A stretch of DNA of 64,000 nt from NCBI GenBank assembly GCA_963709405.1, contig CAVPXM010000063.1:96001-160000 (forward strand). The letters are read 5' to 3'. Positions 51,800-62,657 of this stretch are shown here, in pieces. Origin of the DNA: an uncultured Nitrososphaerales archaeon (lineage in GTDB: Archaea > Thermoproteota > Nitrososphaeria > Nitrososphaerales > Nitrososphaeraceae). Position 1 is the first letter of the stretch, and each line of letters opens with the position of its first letter. The notes under the pieces were generated by a model. That model searched no databases, was not told where the DNA came from, and worked only from the letters and a program-made list of their open reading frames with translations. The position numbers and the translations under genes were made by a program.

Positions 51800-52047
51800 A
51801 ATTCCTTGCTACAACACACCAGTGAATACAGATAATCGATTAAGGAATATGAATTTTTGGAGGGTAATATGCAATAGTTTAGGTGGGAAAAAATAAATAG
51901 GAAAATTGAGGTTAGGACACAAGAACTATCAGCAACTTGCTCATAATCCCAATAGTTTATTCAGTCGACAGTATATTCGCTGGTGAGTTAGAGGTTTTCA
52001 GCCAAGAACAAGATATTCTTATTAGTTGATTATACGTTCATCAGGTA

Positions 52048-52596
52048 ATGGTAAAAACAGAGTCTACGCAGACGTTAAAGACAGGTTCCAAAGCGCCACC
52101 ATTTGCACTTAAAGGTACGGATGGTGAAATATATTCGCTAGACCGATTTGACACAAGTAAGATTCTATTAGTAGTGTTTATTTGTAATCACTGCCCGTAC
52201 GTTAAAGCTAGAATAGGTGATATAGTAAAATTGCAATCAAAGTTTAAGAAGACAGATCTGCAGGTTGTGGGTATTAATAGTAACGATCCAGAATATGACG
52301 AAGAAGGTTTTGAAAATATGAAAACATTCTTTGAAAAATATCAGCTGAATTTTCCATACCTTATAGATGAAAGTCAGGATGTAGCAAGAAAATATGGTGC
52401 AGTATGTACTCCGGATCCTTATCTATTTGATCCAAATAGACAATTGGTTTACCATGGCAGACTAAACGATGCTGTTGAGCCAAATAGCATTGTTAGAACT
52501 CCCATAATGGAAAATAACATAAAGACGTTACTTGAGGGTGGTAAAATTGAGAATGGGTTCGATCCTTCAATCGGTTGCTCCATTAAGTGGAGATAA
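52048..52596 (+). CDS. Thioredoxin-fold AhpC/TSA family redoxin
   Basis: FICNHCPYV, GINSND, A.CTPD, YHGR, SIGCSIKW. Confidence 0.88.
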   Translation: MVKTESTQTLKTGSKAPPFALKGTDGEIYSLDRFDTSKILLVVFICNHCPYVKARIGDIVKLQSKFKKTDLQVVGINSNDPEYDEEGFENMKTFFEKYQLNFPYLIDESQDVARKYGAVCTPDPYLFDPNRQLVYHGRLNDAVEPNSIVRTPIMENNIKTLLEGGKIENGFDPSIGCSIKWR

Positions 52597-52622
52597 AGCA
52601 TGAAAGAGTGCTAGACTAGACT

Positions 52623-54494
52623 CTAGCCATATTGATAAGATATACCTTTTTCTCCTCTCGGGTGCCTCCATTGAGTTTCTAGAGCACATGTACCACATTC
52701 AATACAGCCCTCATGTTGAAGCACAACCTGGTTATCTTCTATGCTGTAACATTTCGTGGGGCAAAGCAAGACCATCTTCTTCATGAATTCGCTGGTCGGT
52801 TTATTTACTATAATATGAGACACTGTGTCGTCGTCATATTTTAATTTTGCAACTCGTTCTGCGATCGACGGGATGGAGGGTTGATAATCTGACGTCACTC
52901 GTTTACCCAATTTTTCAGCAAGCTCGATGGGTACTTGACTGTATGTTTCTTCCGATTCCAAAATTGGAAGAAGACGGTCATATCCTAATATATTTGCAAA
53001 TCCTACGGCAAGTCCCCTAAACGTTTCACTTGACATTAGCTTAAATATCATACTGTACCGTGAACCTATAATATCCTTAGGGATATCTTTTGCAGCCGTT
53101 AGAAATATCTTAAGGTAGTCTTTATCAATTTGCTTCATGTCCTTTGTATAAGGACTCTCGTCAACAGAATGAGCATAGAATCCTCCCAAATATTCGTACT
53201 CAAAATTATTTCTATCAAGTGACCTTGAAACGGCGTTGGCGGCCCTCACCGCATCATCGATACCTACATTGATTCCTTCAATGCGCGGACCTATAAAAAT
53301 CCCCCTGCCTGCAGAGTCTCCAACGAACAGCACGTTTTTGTAGCTTGGTTTTTTCATTCTGCATCTTTTTCCATCAGGAACAAGCTTGGCACTATATTCC
53401 AATTCAACATAGTCTGTGATAAATTTAGTACGATATTTCGAACCAAGCTCTTTGCGGATTAGATCCAGCCTATTTACGATCTCTTCTCGTGTTTTGTATT
53501 TTCCGCTCTTTATGAGGCCTTCCGAGCCTGAGGTGGAGTAATACGACAGGCGCAAGTCTTGCCAAGTTTTTATTAACTTGCTTACTGCGAATCTGATTCT
53601 AAGTTGCTCTTCTTTCGGTAGAGCCTTGTCAATTTCTTCCTTCTGTGGTACCTCATCCTTTATGAATTCTCTGACCAGTGGGTTTAGGATTAATTTATTA
53701 ATGAGTTCATATGGCTCAACAACCTTTTCAAGGAGGGAATCATAGTGATAGACGCCACCCAGAGATATAGTATCTCGGTTAGTGTAGAGGAAGCCTCCGC
53801 CAATATGTCTTTGGGCTATGTCACCAGAGAAAAGATGCGCGGCGCCGTCATCTCCTGAAATGTCAAACCTTTGCTCCATAAGCTGTTCTGGCAATTTGAT
53901 CAAGACTTTAGCACCTTGGTACAATTCTTGAGGTACAAATTTTGGCCGAGCTCCGGTAAGCTCTGCAATTTCGGAGTTGACGCCGTCTGCAGCGATTATT
54001 GCCCTGACCTGGAATCTCTCTAGTTCATTGGTTTCTACTATCGTAATTCCGTCTTTCCACTCTATCGACTGAACATGAACGCCAGGAATAATCCCTCCGC
54101 CACACTTTTCTGCACTCTCTCCTGCTTGCTTTGCAAACCACGAATTCAGTTTGTTCATAAGTACTGAATAAGCAAAGTTGGTCTGGTAACTGTGTGCAGA
54201 ACTTAGGTCTATTGAAAATACTTTCTCATTTGATGTAGCATGAAGTATGTACTTTGTAATCAATCTCTCTAAGGGAGCCTCTGTAACAAACTCTTGACCA
54301 TAGACGTCCTCCACATTGTAAGTTTTGCCGTGTTTTGGTTTTTTTGAATAAAGAATGCCTCCGGAAATGCTCTTTGAACCAATAGTCTTCCCACTTTCTA
54401 AAAGAACCGCCTGCTTTCCAAGATTTGATAGCTGTTTCAGTGGAGCTAACCCAGCCGATCCTCCTCCAACAATCGCTACGTCGAACTTCTCCAT
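52623..54494 (-). CDS. fixC: FixC-type ETF:quinone oxidoreductase fused to a FixX ferredoxin-like domain
   Basis: DVAIVGGGSAG, K..SGG.LY, ADGVNS, GGGFLYTNRDTISLG, VGDSAG; C-terminal CPTKCY..CIECGTC..WRHPRG..GI.YQYG. Confidence 0.85.
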   Translation of the reverse strand: MEKFDVAIVGGGSAGLAPLKQLSNLGKQAVLLESGKTIGSKSISGGILYSKKPKHGKTYNVEDVYGQEFVTEAPLERLITKYILHATSNEKVFSIDLSSAHSYQTNFAYSVLMNKLNSWFAKQAGESAEKCGGGIIPGVHVQSIEWKDGITIVETNELERFQVRAIIAADGVNSEIAELTGARPKFVPQELYQGAKVLIKLPEQLMEQRFDISGDDGAAHLFSGDIAQRHIGGGFLYTNRDTISLGGVYHYDSLLEKVVEPYELINKLILNPLVREFIKDEVPQKEEIDKALPKEEQLRIRFAVSKLIKTWQDLRLSYYSTSGSEGLIKSGKYKTREEIVNRLDLIRKELGSKYRTKFITDYVELEYSAKLVPDGKRCRMKKPSYKNVLFVGDSAGRGIFIGPRIEGINVGIDDAVRAANAVSRSLDRNNFEYEYLGGFYAHSVDESPYTKDMKQIDKDYLKIFLTAAKDIPKDIIGSRYSMIFKLMSSETFRGLAVGFANILGYDRLLPILESEETYSQVPIELAEKLGKRVTSDYQPSIPSIAERVAKLKYDDDTVSHIIVNKPTSEFMKKMVLLCPTKCYSIEDNQVVLQHEGCIECGTCALETQWRHPRGEKGISYQYG

Positions 54495-54498
54495 TTGG

Positions 54499-55731
54499 TT
54501 AGCTTCTCACTTCCACTGGTGCTTTCAAATTTCTGAGTTCATCGATTAACTCAGGTAATACGTCCTCCATTCGCCCTTTGATGAATATATCACACTCATC
54601 TCTAATCGGAGAGTCGGTATTAGGGTTAATTGCGATAACAAATTCTGATTCTTTCATACCAGCTATATGTTGCATTGCTCCACTTATTCCCACTGCAATA
54701 TACAACGTCGGTGCAACCTTGCGGCCACTCGTTCCGATCACTCGTTCAGATGTTATATAGCTTGACAGCTTGGAGTTTGAAAGGATGTATGGCTTTTTTG
54801 AGATTGGTAAGGATATGCCTACTTCTGCACCTAATTCCCTTTTTAGACTATCTATCAATGCTATATTTTCTTCCGGAGATTCGTTGATCCCGCGACCAAA
54901 GCTCACAATTGCCTTGTGACTATCATAGTCGATCGGACTTTTCATTACTTTTCTACTTATAATCTTGACACCTAAATCATCCACACTTAGCATCGCTTTG
55001 AAATCCACGATAACGCCTTTTCTATTAATATCTGGCTCCATTGGCTGAAAAACGCCGGGGATAATGCTACAAGCTTGAGGATGATATTCCCTCTTGTTGT
55101 TAGGATGCCTATTATCAAGACACAATATTGTAGTCCACAGAAATCCTGAGAAATCTGGTCTGTACATTTCTAACGTCTTGTTATATTTTTCAGGTTGACC
55201 CTTAGTTTTGTGCTCATGTTTTAATTCAATATCATCAATTACAAGCTTGTTAATGTCTGAGGCTAACCCAGATTCCAATTCGGCCAGAACTGTAGCTGAT
55301 AGGTGCCTTCCGGTATCATCTGCAGAAAAAAACATGAATCGAGGTCGCTTAAATTCTTCGCCATATCTGGATGAAATTTTCTTACTACACTCCTTATCAT
55401 TCGCTATCTGGCTAATAACCCGAGTGTAAACCAGATTTCTATGATACATCAATTCTGGATCATCTGCGTATATCACAGCATCTGCACCATAACTAATTAA
55501 CGTGTCACATTGATTTCTCATGTTATTACCCAATAATACTGCAACAACCTTTTCTTCAGCAGCATATCTTACATTAAACTGATCCATTAATCGTCTTGCT
55601 TCACCTAACATTTCGAAATTCACGGGTAGAAGTTTGCCTTCCTCATGCTCCATCACGACATACAAATGTCTATAATTTTCCTTAGATACTTCCGGGGTAG
55701 AGGGCGAGATTGACTGCATATTGTTACTCAT
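54499..55731 (-). CDS. fixB: Electron transfer flavoprotein alpha subunit
   Basis: VSFGRGI, IGTSG..VAP.LYIAVGISGAMQH.AGM..S..VIAIN. Confidence 0.9.
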   Translation of the reverse strand: MSNNMQSISPSTPEVSKENYRHLYVVMEHEEGKLLPVNFEMLGEARRLMDQFNVRYAAEEKVVAVLLGNNMRNQCDTLISYGADAVIYADDPELMYHRNLVYTRVISQIANDKECSKKISSRYGEEFKRPRFMFFSADDTGRHLSATVLAELESGLASDINKLVIDDIELKHEHKTKGQPEKYNKTLEMYRPDFSGFLWTTILCLDNRHPNNKREYHPQACSIIPGVFQPMEPDINRKGVIVDFKAMLSVDDLGVKIISRKVMKSPIDYDSHKAIVSFGRGINESPEENIALIDSLKRELGAEVGISLPISKKPYILSNSKLSSYITSERVIGTSGRKVAPTLYIAVGISGAMQHIAGMKESEFVIAINPNTDSPIRDECDIFIKGRMEDVLPELIDELRNLKAPVEVRS

Positions 55732-56615
55732 ATTTCTCTCACCTTTATCATGTCTGTGATTTTCTTTGCAACAGTACGCAGTTGGTCTTGATTTGAACCA
55801 TCTACAATTTCTGCCATCCTGCTCGTCTTGGCCCTAGGTATTTTTTCAACTCTGTAGACTATTGTGGGTGATCCAGGTAAGCCGACTAGCTTTGGATCTA
55901 CCCCTAACGTTTGGGCCGTGAAGGTCTTTAGGTAGTCCTTATAAAGAGCCCCACGATCTCTAGCCTCTTTTTGACATTTAAAAAAGGACAATCTCTGTGA
56001 TACTGTGGTAAATGTAGGTTTGTAGGAGGGATGAACTGTAATGAAAATTGGCAAACAAGTCTCGATCTCCTCAATTACATCATATAGTCCTTGTATAGGG
56101 ACCACTCGTGTTATCCTTGCAAGACGATTTTCAACATCCACACTAAAATTTATTACGTTTCCAAAGAACGGATAACCCAATTTCCAGGCTGTCTGTGGGC
56201 CAGTCTGACCTGTCTCACCATCTGATGCGCGGTGACCTGAAAATACGATATCAGATTTTTCGCCATTATGCATCTTACCTATGCCAGCGCGAAGCACTTC
56301 CGCTGTCGCTAGCGTATCGGCGCCAGCAAAAATTCTATCACTATATAAATGAAGCTCGTCAGCATCACATATTAATTGGGATTGCTGAAGGGCTTGTTCG
56401 GCGATTGGCGGACCCATGGTCCCAACTGAAACCTCGGCACCGTACATTACCTTTGTGCTTAAGGCACCCATTGACGCAACTGCACTATGCGGACCAAGGA
56501 TGCTCTTTGTTTCAGCCCTATTAAGGGTACCGTCTGAATTATAACTTACATTTCCCTCCGAAAAATCTGGCTCAAGCTTTATTATCACTGATATTTTTAG
56601 TCGAGAGGACTCCAA
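55728..56615 (-). CDS. fixA: Electron transfer flavoprotein beta subunit
   Basis: GTL.R, TMGPP, SDR.FAGADTLAT, DGETGQTGPQ, GL.GSPT.V. Confidence 0.9.
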   Translation of the reverse strand: MESSRLKISVIIKLEPDFSEGNVSYNSDGTLNRAETKSILGPHSAVASMGALSTKVMYGAEVSVGTMGPPIAEQALQQSQLICDADELHLYSDRIFAGADTLATAEVLRAGIGKMHNGEKSDIVFSGHRASDGETGQTGPQTAWKLGYPFFGNVINFSVDVENRLARITRVVPIQGLYDVIEEIETCLPIFITVHPSYKPTFTTVSQRLSFFKCQKEARDRGALYKDYLKTFTAQTLGVDPKLVGLPGSPTIVYRVEKIPRAKTSRMAEIVDGSNQDQLRTVAKKITDMIKVREI

Positions 56616-56809
56616 TTTACAATGATATGTCTAATTAATGCCTTTTAAATTGGTTATGAAACAAATTCTCTGGCAAAAATTTAACTGACTAAATAATAGA
56701 ACATTTTATTATAATATGCCATTCTAGAGTCACATTATCGTGCTTACTATGAAAAAGTGCTTTTATTCAACTACTCTCAAATCGAGTCACCAAGATTTGG
56801 ATAACCCTA

Positions 56810-57550
56810 TTATGCGGTATCTGAAATGCCTTCAGTTTGAGGCATAGTTAGAGTGTATTCGTAATAGGTTGACCTTAAATGTTCGTAGCAAGACCGCAAT
56901 TTTTTATAAATATCAGGAGTTTTTGGCTTTAATATTGTAAATGCCAAATAAAAATCCTCTGCCTCTCTTAGGTACCTCTTTATCTTATCATATACTATCT
57001 TCTTATTTTGTTTTGCAATGTTCAGTATAAATCTCATATTATTAAGCCTATCAGCCAATTTAATTACCTTGATATCATAATCAGCAGTCACAAGAAAATC
57101 ACAGTACTCATGAAATCTAAATAATTGTCGCTCTTCTTCGTTTTTTCCATCATACCCATCAAGATCCTTTAACTTCAAATTCATAGCAATATAATATACC
57201 CTACTTCCAAATCTGTATTTCAGATAAGCTTCAAATCCATAATCCTTAGTCTTGTACAGGTCTAGAATTCTATCATTGTCCTCGGATATGTCATGTAGAA
57301 TAGCCGAGGCAATCTCCACACTTGTAATTGTACGATTTAATGACTTGTAATGCCTCATAACATCTATTGCGACCGGCCAAGTATGCGTTTCCAAAAATGA
57401 AGATGAACCGTCTTCTCTGAGACTATCTGCGTGGACATCTTCAGCCAGTTCGATTGCTCCTTTTATGAAATCATCGACTCTCATCTTACCTTCGCCTTCC
57501 AACACAGAAACGAAGTCCGTACTAGTCATTGAGGAGACTAAATGTTTCAT
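56810..57550 (-). CDS. Stand-alone RelA/SpoT-type HD-domain hydrolase (Mesh1/SAH-like)
   Basis: A..VH..R.DG...F..H..PVA, AILHDISED, IKLADRLNNMR. Confidence 0.78.
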   Translation of the reverse strand: MKHLVSSMTSTDFVSVLEGEGKMRVDDFIKGAIELAEDVHADSLREDGSSSFLETHTWPVAIDVMRHYKSLNRTITSVEIASAILHDISEDNDRILDLYKTKDYGFEAYLKYRFGSRVYYIAMNLKLKDLDGYDGKNEEERQLFRFHEYCDFLVTADYDIKVIKLADRLNNMRFILNIAKQNKKIVYDKIKRYLREAEDFYLAFTILKPKTPDIYKKLRSCYEHLRSTYYEYTLTMPQTEGISDTA

Positions 57551-57805
57551 AATTAATAGAGGGAGTGGTTAAACAAAAGGATTCCTCTTGCCATCAGGTC
57601 GATTACGTTCCAGCAATATATTATAGAATCGTTTGTTTTTCATTTATCAACTCAAGATAGAGGCAATCTTTTTAGTGCAATGGTCAAGTTCATCCGTCTT
57701 ATTTGCAATGCATAAATTCTGTTATTTACGAAATGAATCTATCATTTAGGTAATTCATATATATCGACCAAGATATAGCAATATATTCTCGCTGTGTTAT
57801 AGAGC

Positions 57806-59792
57806 TTGCTGCGGTTGAGAGAACAGAAGTTCACGCTATCTGAGAATGCCTATCCCCCAAGTGGTGACCAGCCAATTGCAATCGATACCCTAGCAAAGGG
57901 TGTGTTAGAAAGACGTGGCTGTCAGACTTTGCTTGGCGTTACAGGTAGCGGTAAGACATACACTATCGCCAATGTGATTGCTCGTACAAACCAAAATGCA
58001 CTTGTTATCTCCCACAACAAGACCTTGGCTGCTCAATTATATACTGAATTTAAGGAATTTTTTCCGCACGACAATGTTGGATACTTTGTCAGCTTTTATG
58101 ATTACTATCAACCTGAAAGCTATATACCGCAAAGTGATACATATATTGAAAAAGAGACCGAAATAAATGAAAGGATAGAAAAAATGAGGCTAGAAGCTAC
58201 CGCGATGCTAATGTCTGGCGAACCAACTATTATCGTTTCCACTGTCTCTTGCATATATTCTCTTGGTTCTCCAACCGAATGGGAGGAGTCTGCACTTCAA
58301 TTAAAAGTTGGGACGAATATCACACGGACGAAAATCGTTCATCGGCTTATAAATGCACGCTATGAAAGAAATGATATCTCTCCGCTGCAAGGGAGCTTCA
58401 GGGTTCGCGGAGATACCATCGATATATACCCGGGATACTCTAAAGATATGATCCGGGTTTCTCTACTTGACGACGAGATAGAAAGGATTTCAATTTACGA
58501 TCCCACGACAGTAAAGCGAATTAAAGAATTAGGTTCCATCAAGATATTCCCAGCAAAGCATTATATAATAGATGATCATTCTCGCATGGCCGCTATACAA
58601 TCTATAAAGTGTGAACTCGAAAGTTGGATTCCGGAATTACCTTCCGAACTGGAAAAACAGAGGTTAAGATCGCGAGTCGGGTATGATCTCGAAATGATAC
58701 AGGAATTAGGATATTGTTCCGGGATAGAGAATTACTCTCGTCATTTAGACGGTAGATTGCCCGGCGTTCCCCCTTTTTGTTTACTTGATTTTTTTGGCGA
58801 AGAGTTCCTGCTCGTGGTGGATGAGTCACACGTAACTATCCCACAGCTACATGGAATGTATAATGGAGATTATACACGCAAGAAGAACTTGGTAGATTAT
58901 GGCTTTAGGCTCGCCCAGTGCTTTTGACAATAGGCCTCTAAAGTATCAGGAATTCGAGAACTATCTGAAAAATGTCATATTTGTATCGGCAACGCCAGGA
59001 GACTACGAGATAGCAAAGAGTTACCAGGTTATAGAACAGGTAGTACGTCCAACAGGGCTGGTTGATCCTCAAATTATTCTCAAACCAGCTGTTAATCAAA
59101 TAGACGATCTTATTACAGAAATAAGAGCAAGAATGCAGAAAAGTCAGCGAATCCTTGTAACAACTCTAACTAAGAGAATGGCTGAAGATTTAGCAGACTA
59201 TCTATCCAAAAATGGCTTAAGAGTAAGATATCTTCATTCTGAGATACAAAATTTAGAGAGAACTGAATTGATAAGGCAGTTGCGCTTGGGTAAGTTTGAT
59301 GTACTGGTAGGAATTAACTTATTGAGGGAGGGACTCGATATCCCAGAAGTGTCCTTGGTTGCGATTATGGATGCAGACAAAGAGGGATTCCTTCGTAACT
59401 CTACGAGTCTGATTCAAACATTCGGACGAGCCGCAAGAAATATTGATGGTACTGTAATTATGTATGCAAATCACGTTACCAAATCAATGGAATCGGCTGT
59501 TGCTGAATCGAATAGGAGGCGAAATAAACAGATCGAATATAATATAGCAAATAAAATTAACCCTAAATCTGTTATAAAGCCTGTTGCTGAAAACGGTAAC
59601 GAAGATATTGATTTTGTGGTTAGCCTACGTTCGATGTCTAGAACTGACCTGGTAAAACTTGCATTAGAGACTGAAAGCGTTATGAGAAAATTTGCTGAGG
59701 ATTTGGATTTTGAAATGGCTATAGAGACGAGAGAGAAATTATCAAAGATTAGAAATGCTCTGGGACAGTACTCGATGGCTGAGGTTGTGTAG
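57806..59792 (+). CDS. uvrB: Excinuclease ABC subunit B, split by a 1-bp insertion near 58912
   Basis: GVTGSGKT, HNKTLAAQL, YDYYQPE, DESH, repaired GFRLPSAFDNRPL, GINLLREGLD. Confidence 0.94.
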
Positions 59793-59795
59793 TAT

Positions 59796-62657
59796 TTGCA
59801 CGACAAGATTATCATCAAAGGAGCAAGACAACATAATTTGAAAAATGTCAATGTAGAGATCCCCAAAAACAGATTCGTTGTAATATCAGGCTTGTCCGGA
59901 TCTGGGAAATCTACACTTGCTTTTGATACTATATATGCAGAGGGCCAGAGAAGATACGTGGAGTCACTTTCAGCCTACGCCAGACAATTTCTAGAGATAA
60001 TGGAGAAGCCTGACGTAGACCATATTGACGGATTGTCTCCAGCGATTTCAATTCAGCAGAGAAGCAGTAGCAAGAATCCTAGATCAACCGTAGGAACTGC
60101 CACGGAAATATATGATTACCTCAGGCTCCTTTACTCAAGAATTGGCGTTCCGTACTGCCCCAATTGTGGAAGAAGAATTGGAAGCCAATCCACAGAGGCA
60201 ATAGTAGATTCGATCATTGAGTCCTGCGAAGGGAAAAAAATCTACATATTAGGACCAATTGTTCAAGAGAAGAAGGGAACATACGAGAAGCTCTTTCAGG
60301 AACTAAAAATAGATGGATTTTCCAGGGTTAGGTTAGACGGGCAAGTGATAAACCTTGATGAGGAAGAAAGAGCAATTTATCCTCGTTTGGATAAGCAAAA
60401 AAAACATTCAATTTCTGTGGTTATCGATAGAATTACACCATCGTTAGAAGAGAAAAGTAGAGTGTTTGAATCTGTCCAAACCGGCCTAAAAATAGGAAAG
60501 GGATTAGTGATCGCTTCCGATGAGAATAAAGACTTTCTCTACTCTCAACGAAATGCATGTCCAGAATGTGGAATTAACATTGGCGATTTGGAACCTCGAA
60601 CATTTTCCTTCAATTCGCCTTTTGGAGCATGCCCTGAGTGCAACGGGTTGGGTATAAGGATTGAATTTGATCCAGATTTGGTTATCTCTGATAAGTCAAA
60701 GAGTATTCTAGAAGGTGCAATTAAACCTTGGTCGGGCCATTTTTTTACATTTAAATCTGCAATGCTTAAAGATGTTGGAAAACGATTTGGGTTTAACCTC
60801 AACACACCAATTTCACATATGACTGAAGGTCAGATTAGGATTATTCTCTATGGGACTCAGGAGAATATTCATTACAGATATCAATCAAAATATTCCGATA
60901 CCAAATGGGAATATAAAGGCTCGTTTGAAGGCGTAATTCCAAATCTCTATCGCTTGTACAAGCAGACAGATTCGGAATCAAAACGTGAGGAACTATTGCA
61001 ATTTATGCGCGAATTGCCGTGTGAAGCCTGCAAGGGTACGCGGCTTAGAAAAGAGGCTCGAGCCGTAAGAATTCAGAACAAATCCATCATGCAGCTTTGT
61101 GATCTTTCTATTGAAGCTTGCCACAAATTCTTCAGATCGCTTGAATTATCCGAATCGGAAAACCACATAGCAAGAAATATTCTAAAGGAAATTATCTCGC
61201 GTCTAGAATTCCTTTTGAACGTAGGGCTTGATTACCTAAGTTTGAATAGAAAAACATCATCTCTTTCCGGAGGTGAATCCCAGAGGATACGGCTTGCAAC
61301 TCAGATAGGTTCGAATTTGACTGGCGTCTTGTATGTGCTTGATGAGCCTACTATAGGATTGCATCAACGAGATAATAAAAAATTGATTTACACCTTAAAG
61401 AAATTGCGAGACTTGGATAATACGCTACTAGTTGTAGAACACGACGAAGAAGTAATGAGAAGTGCTGATTGGATCTTGGATATAGGTCCAGGTGCAGGAA
61501 TACATGGCGGACGAATTGTGGCTGAAGGGACAATAGAGGACATTATGCAGAGCAAAGATTCAGTTACTGGCGCGTTCTTGAGAAAGGAACAACTAGTTTC
61601 TAGTTCGAGATCTTCAAGGAGAAAAGCTGAAAAATGGATAACTGTCAAAGGAGCGAGAGAAAATAACTTAAAATCTATAACTGTAGGCTTCCCTCTTGAA
61701 TGCATGACGGTTGTTACTGGCGTTTCCGGATCTGGAAAATCTAGTTTGGTTAACGAAGTACTGTTCAAATCCCTATCAAATCACTTTCGAGCTTCTACCG
61801 ATAACAAAATTCAACACGATGGGATAGATGGACTGGAGCTCATAGATCGGGTTATAGGAATAGATCAGTCACCGATTGGTCGTACTCCTAGATCAAACCC
61901 TTCAACATATGTTAATGCATTTACCCCAGTTAGGGAGGTGTTTTCAAGGACCCCTCAGGCCAGAGAAAGGGGGTATAAGCCTGGCAGATTTTCATTTAAT
62001 GTTTCTGATGGGAGATGCGAATCCTGTGAAGGTGCGGGGGTAAAAAGAATAGAAATGCAATTCTTGCCAGACGTGTATGTTACATGCGACATTTGTAGAG
62101 GAAAGCGATATAACTCAGAAACCTTGAATATTAAATACAAAAATAAAACAATCTCCGACGTACTAGACATGACTGTAGAGGAAGCACTCGCGTTCTTTAA
62201 TAACATTTACACAATAGAGAGGAAGTTACGTACGCTCAATGAAGTTGGATTAGGTTATTTGAAGTTAGGCCAGCCGGCTACTACCTTATCTGGAGGAGAA
62301 GCTCAGAGAATCAAGCTTGCCGCGGAGCTCTCCAAGCGAGGCACGGGAAAGACTGTATATATCCTTGACGAGCCCACTACAGGACTACATTTTGTAGATG
62401 TACAAAAGTTGTTACTTGTTCTAAATAGACTAGTAGAAAAGGGAAACGCCGTTATTATAATTGAACATAACTTGGATGTGATAGCAAGCGCAGATTGGAT
62501 CATAGACCTTGGACCTGAAGGTGGCGACAATGGAGGCAGAGTAGTAGCTACCGCAACCCCTGAGGGATTAGCTTCCAACGATGCAAGCATAACAGGATTT
62601 TACTTGAGGTCAAAACTCCTACTCGATAAGACCATTAAAGCAGGTGGAAATACATAA
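59796..62657 (+). CDS. uvrA: Excinuclease ABC subunit A
   Basis: GLSGSGKS..AFDTIYAEGQRRY, two ABC modules with LSGGE, zinc-finger CxxC pairs. Confidence 0.97.
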   Translation: MHDKIIIKGARQHNLKNVNVEIPKNRFVVISGLSGSGKSTLAFDTIYAEGQRRYVESLSAYARQFLEIMEKPDVDHIDGLSPAISIQQRSSSKNPRSTVGTATEIYDYLRLLYSRIGVPYCPNCGRRIGSQSTEAIVDSIIESCEGKKIYILGPIVQEKKGTYEKLFQELKIDGFSRVRLDGQVINLDEEERAIYPRLDKQKKHSISVVIDRITPSLEEKSRVFESVQTGLKIGKGLVIASDENKDFLYSQRNACPECGINIGDLEPRTFSFNSPFGACPECNGLGIRIEFDPDLVISDKSKSILEGAIKPWSGHFFTFKSAMLKDVGKRFGFNLNTPISHMTEGQIRIILYGTQENIHYRYQSKYSDTKWEYKGSFEGVIPNLYRLYKQTDSESKREELLQFMRELPCEACKGTRLRKEARAVRIQNKSIMQLCDLSIEACHKFFRSLELSESENHIARNILKEIISRLEFLLNVGLDYLSLNRKTSSLSGGESQRIRLATQIGSNLTGVLYVLDEPTIGLHQRDNKKLIYTLKKLRDLDNTLLVVEHDEEVMRSADWILDIGPGAGIHGGRIVAEGTIEDIMQSKDSVTGAFLRKEQLVSSSRSSRRKAEKWITVKGARENNLKSITVGFPLECMTVVTGVSGSGKSSLVNEVLFKSLSNHFRASTDNKIQHDGIDGLELIDRVIGIDQSPIGRTPRSNPSTYVNAFTPVREVFSRTPQARERGYKPGRFSFNVSDGRCESCEGAGVKRIEMQFLPDVYVTCDICRGKRYNSETLNIKYKNKTISDVLDMTVEEALAFFNNIYTIERKLRTLNEVGLGYLKLGQPATTLSGGEAQRIKLAAELSKRGTGKTVYILDEPTTGLHFVDVQKLLLVLNRLVEKGNAVIIIEHNLDVIASADWIIDLGPEGGDNGGRVVATATPEGLASNDASITGFYLRSKLLLDKTIKAGGNT

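Noticed and set aside
54440-54450. Pro in the FixC FAD-binding helix (GGGSAGLAP) as a sign of inactivation
   Set aside because: GCTCCA is one base from GCTGCA (a GCWGC site giving the usual Ala), so it may be another motif-linked base-calling error
6400-59792. Genome decay: many pseudogenes (nuoD, nuoA, tldD/E, mvk, idsA, AMMECR1, uvrB)
   Set aside because: Each break is a single-base indel with otherwise intact motifs, several genes are essential, and the indels share sequence contexts; an assembly artefact is more likely
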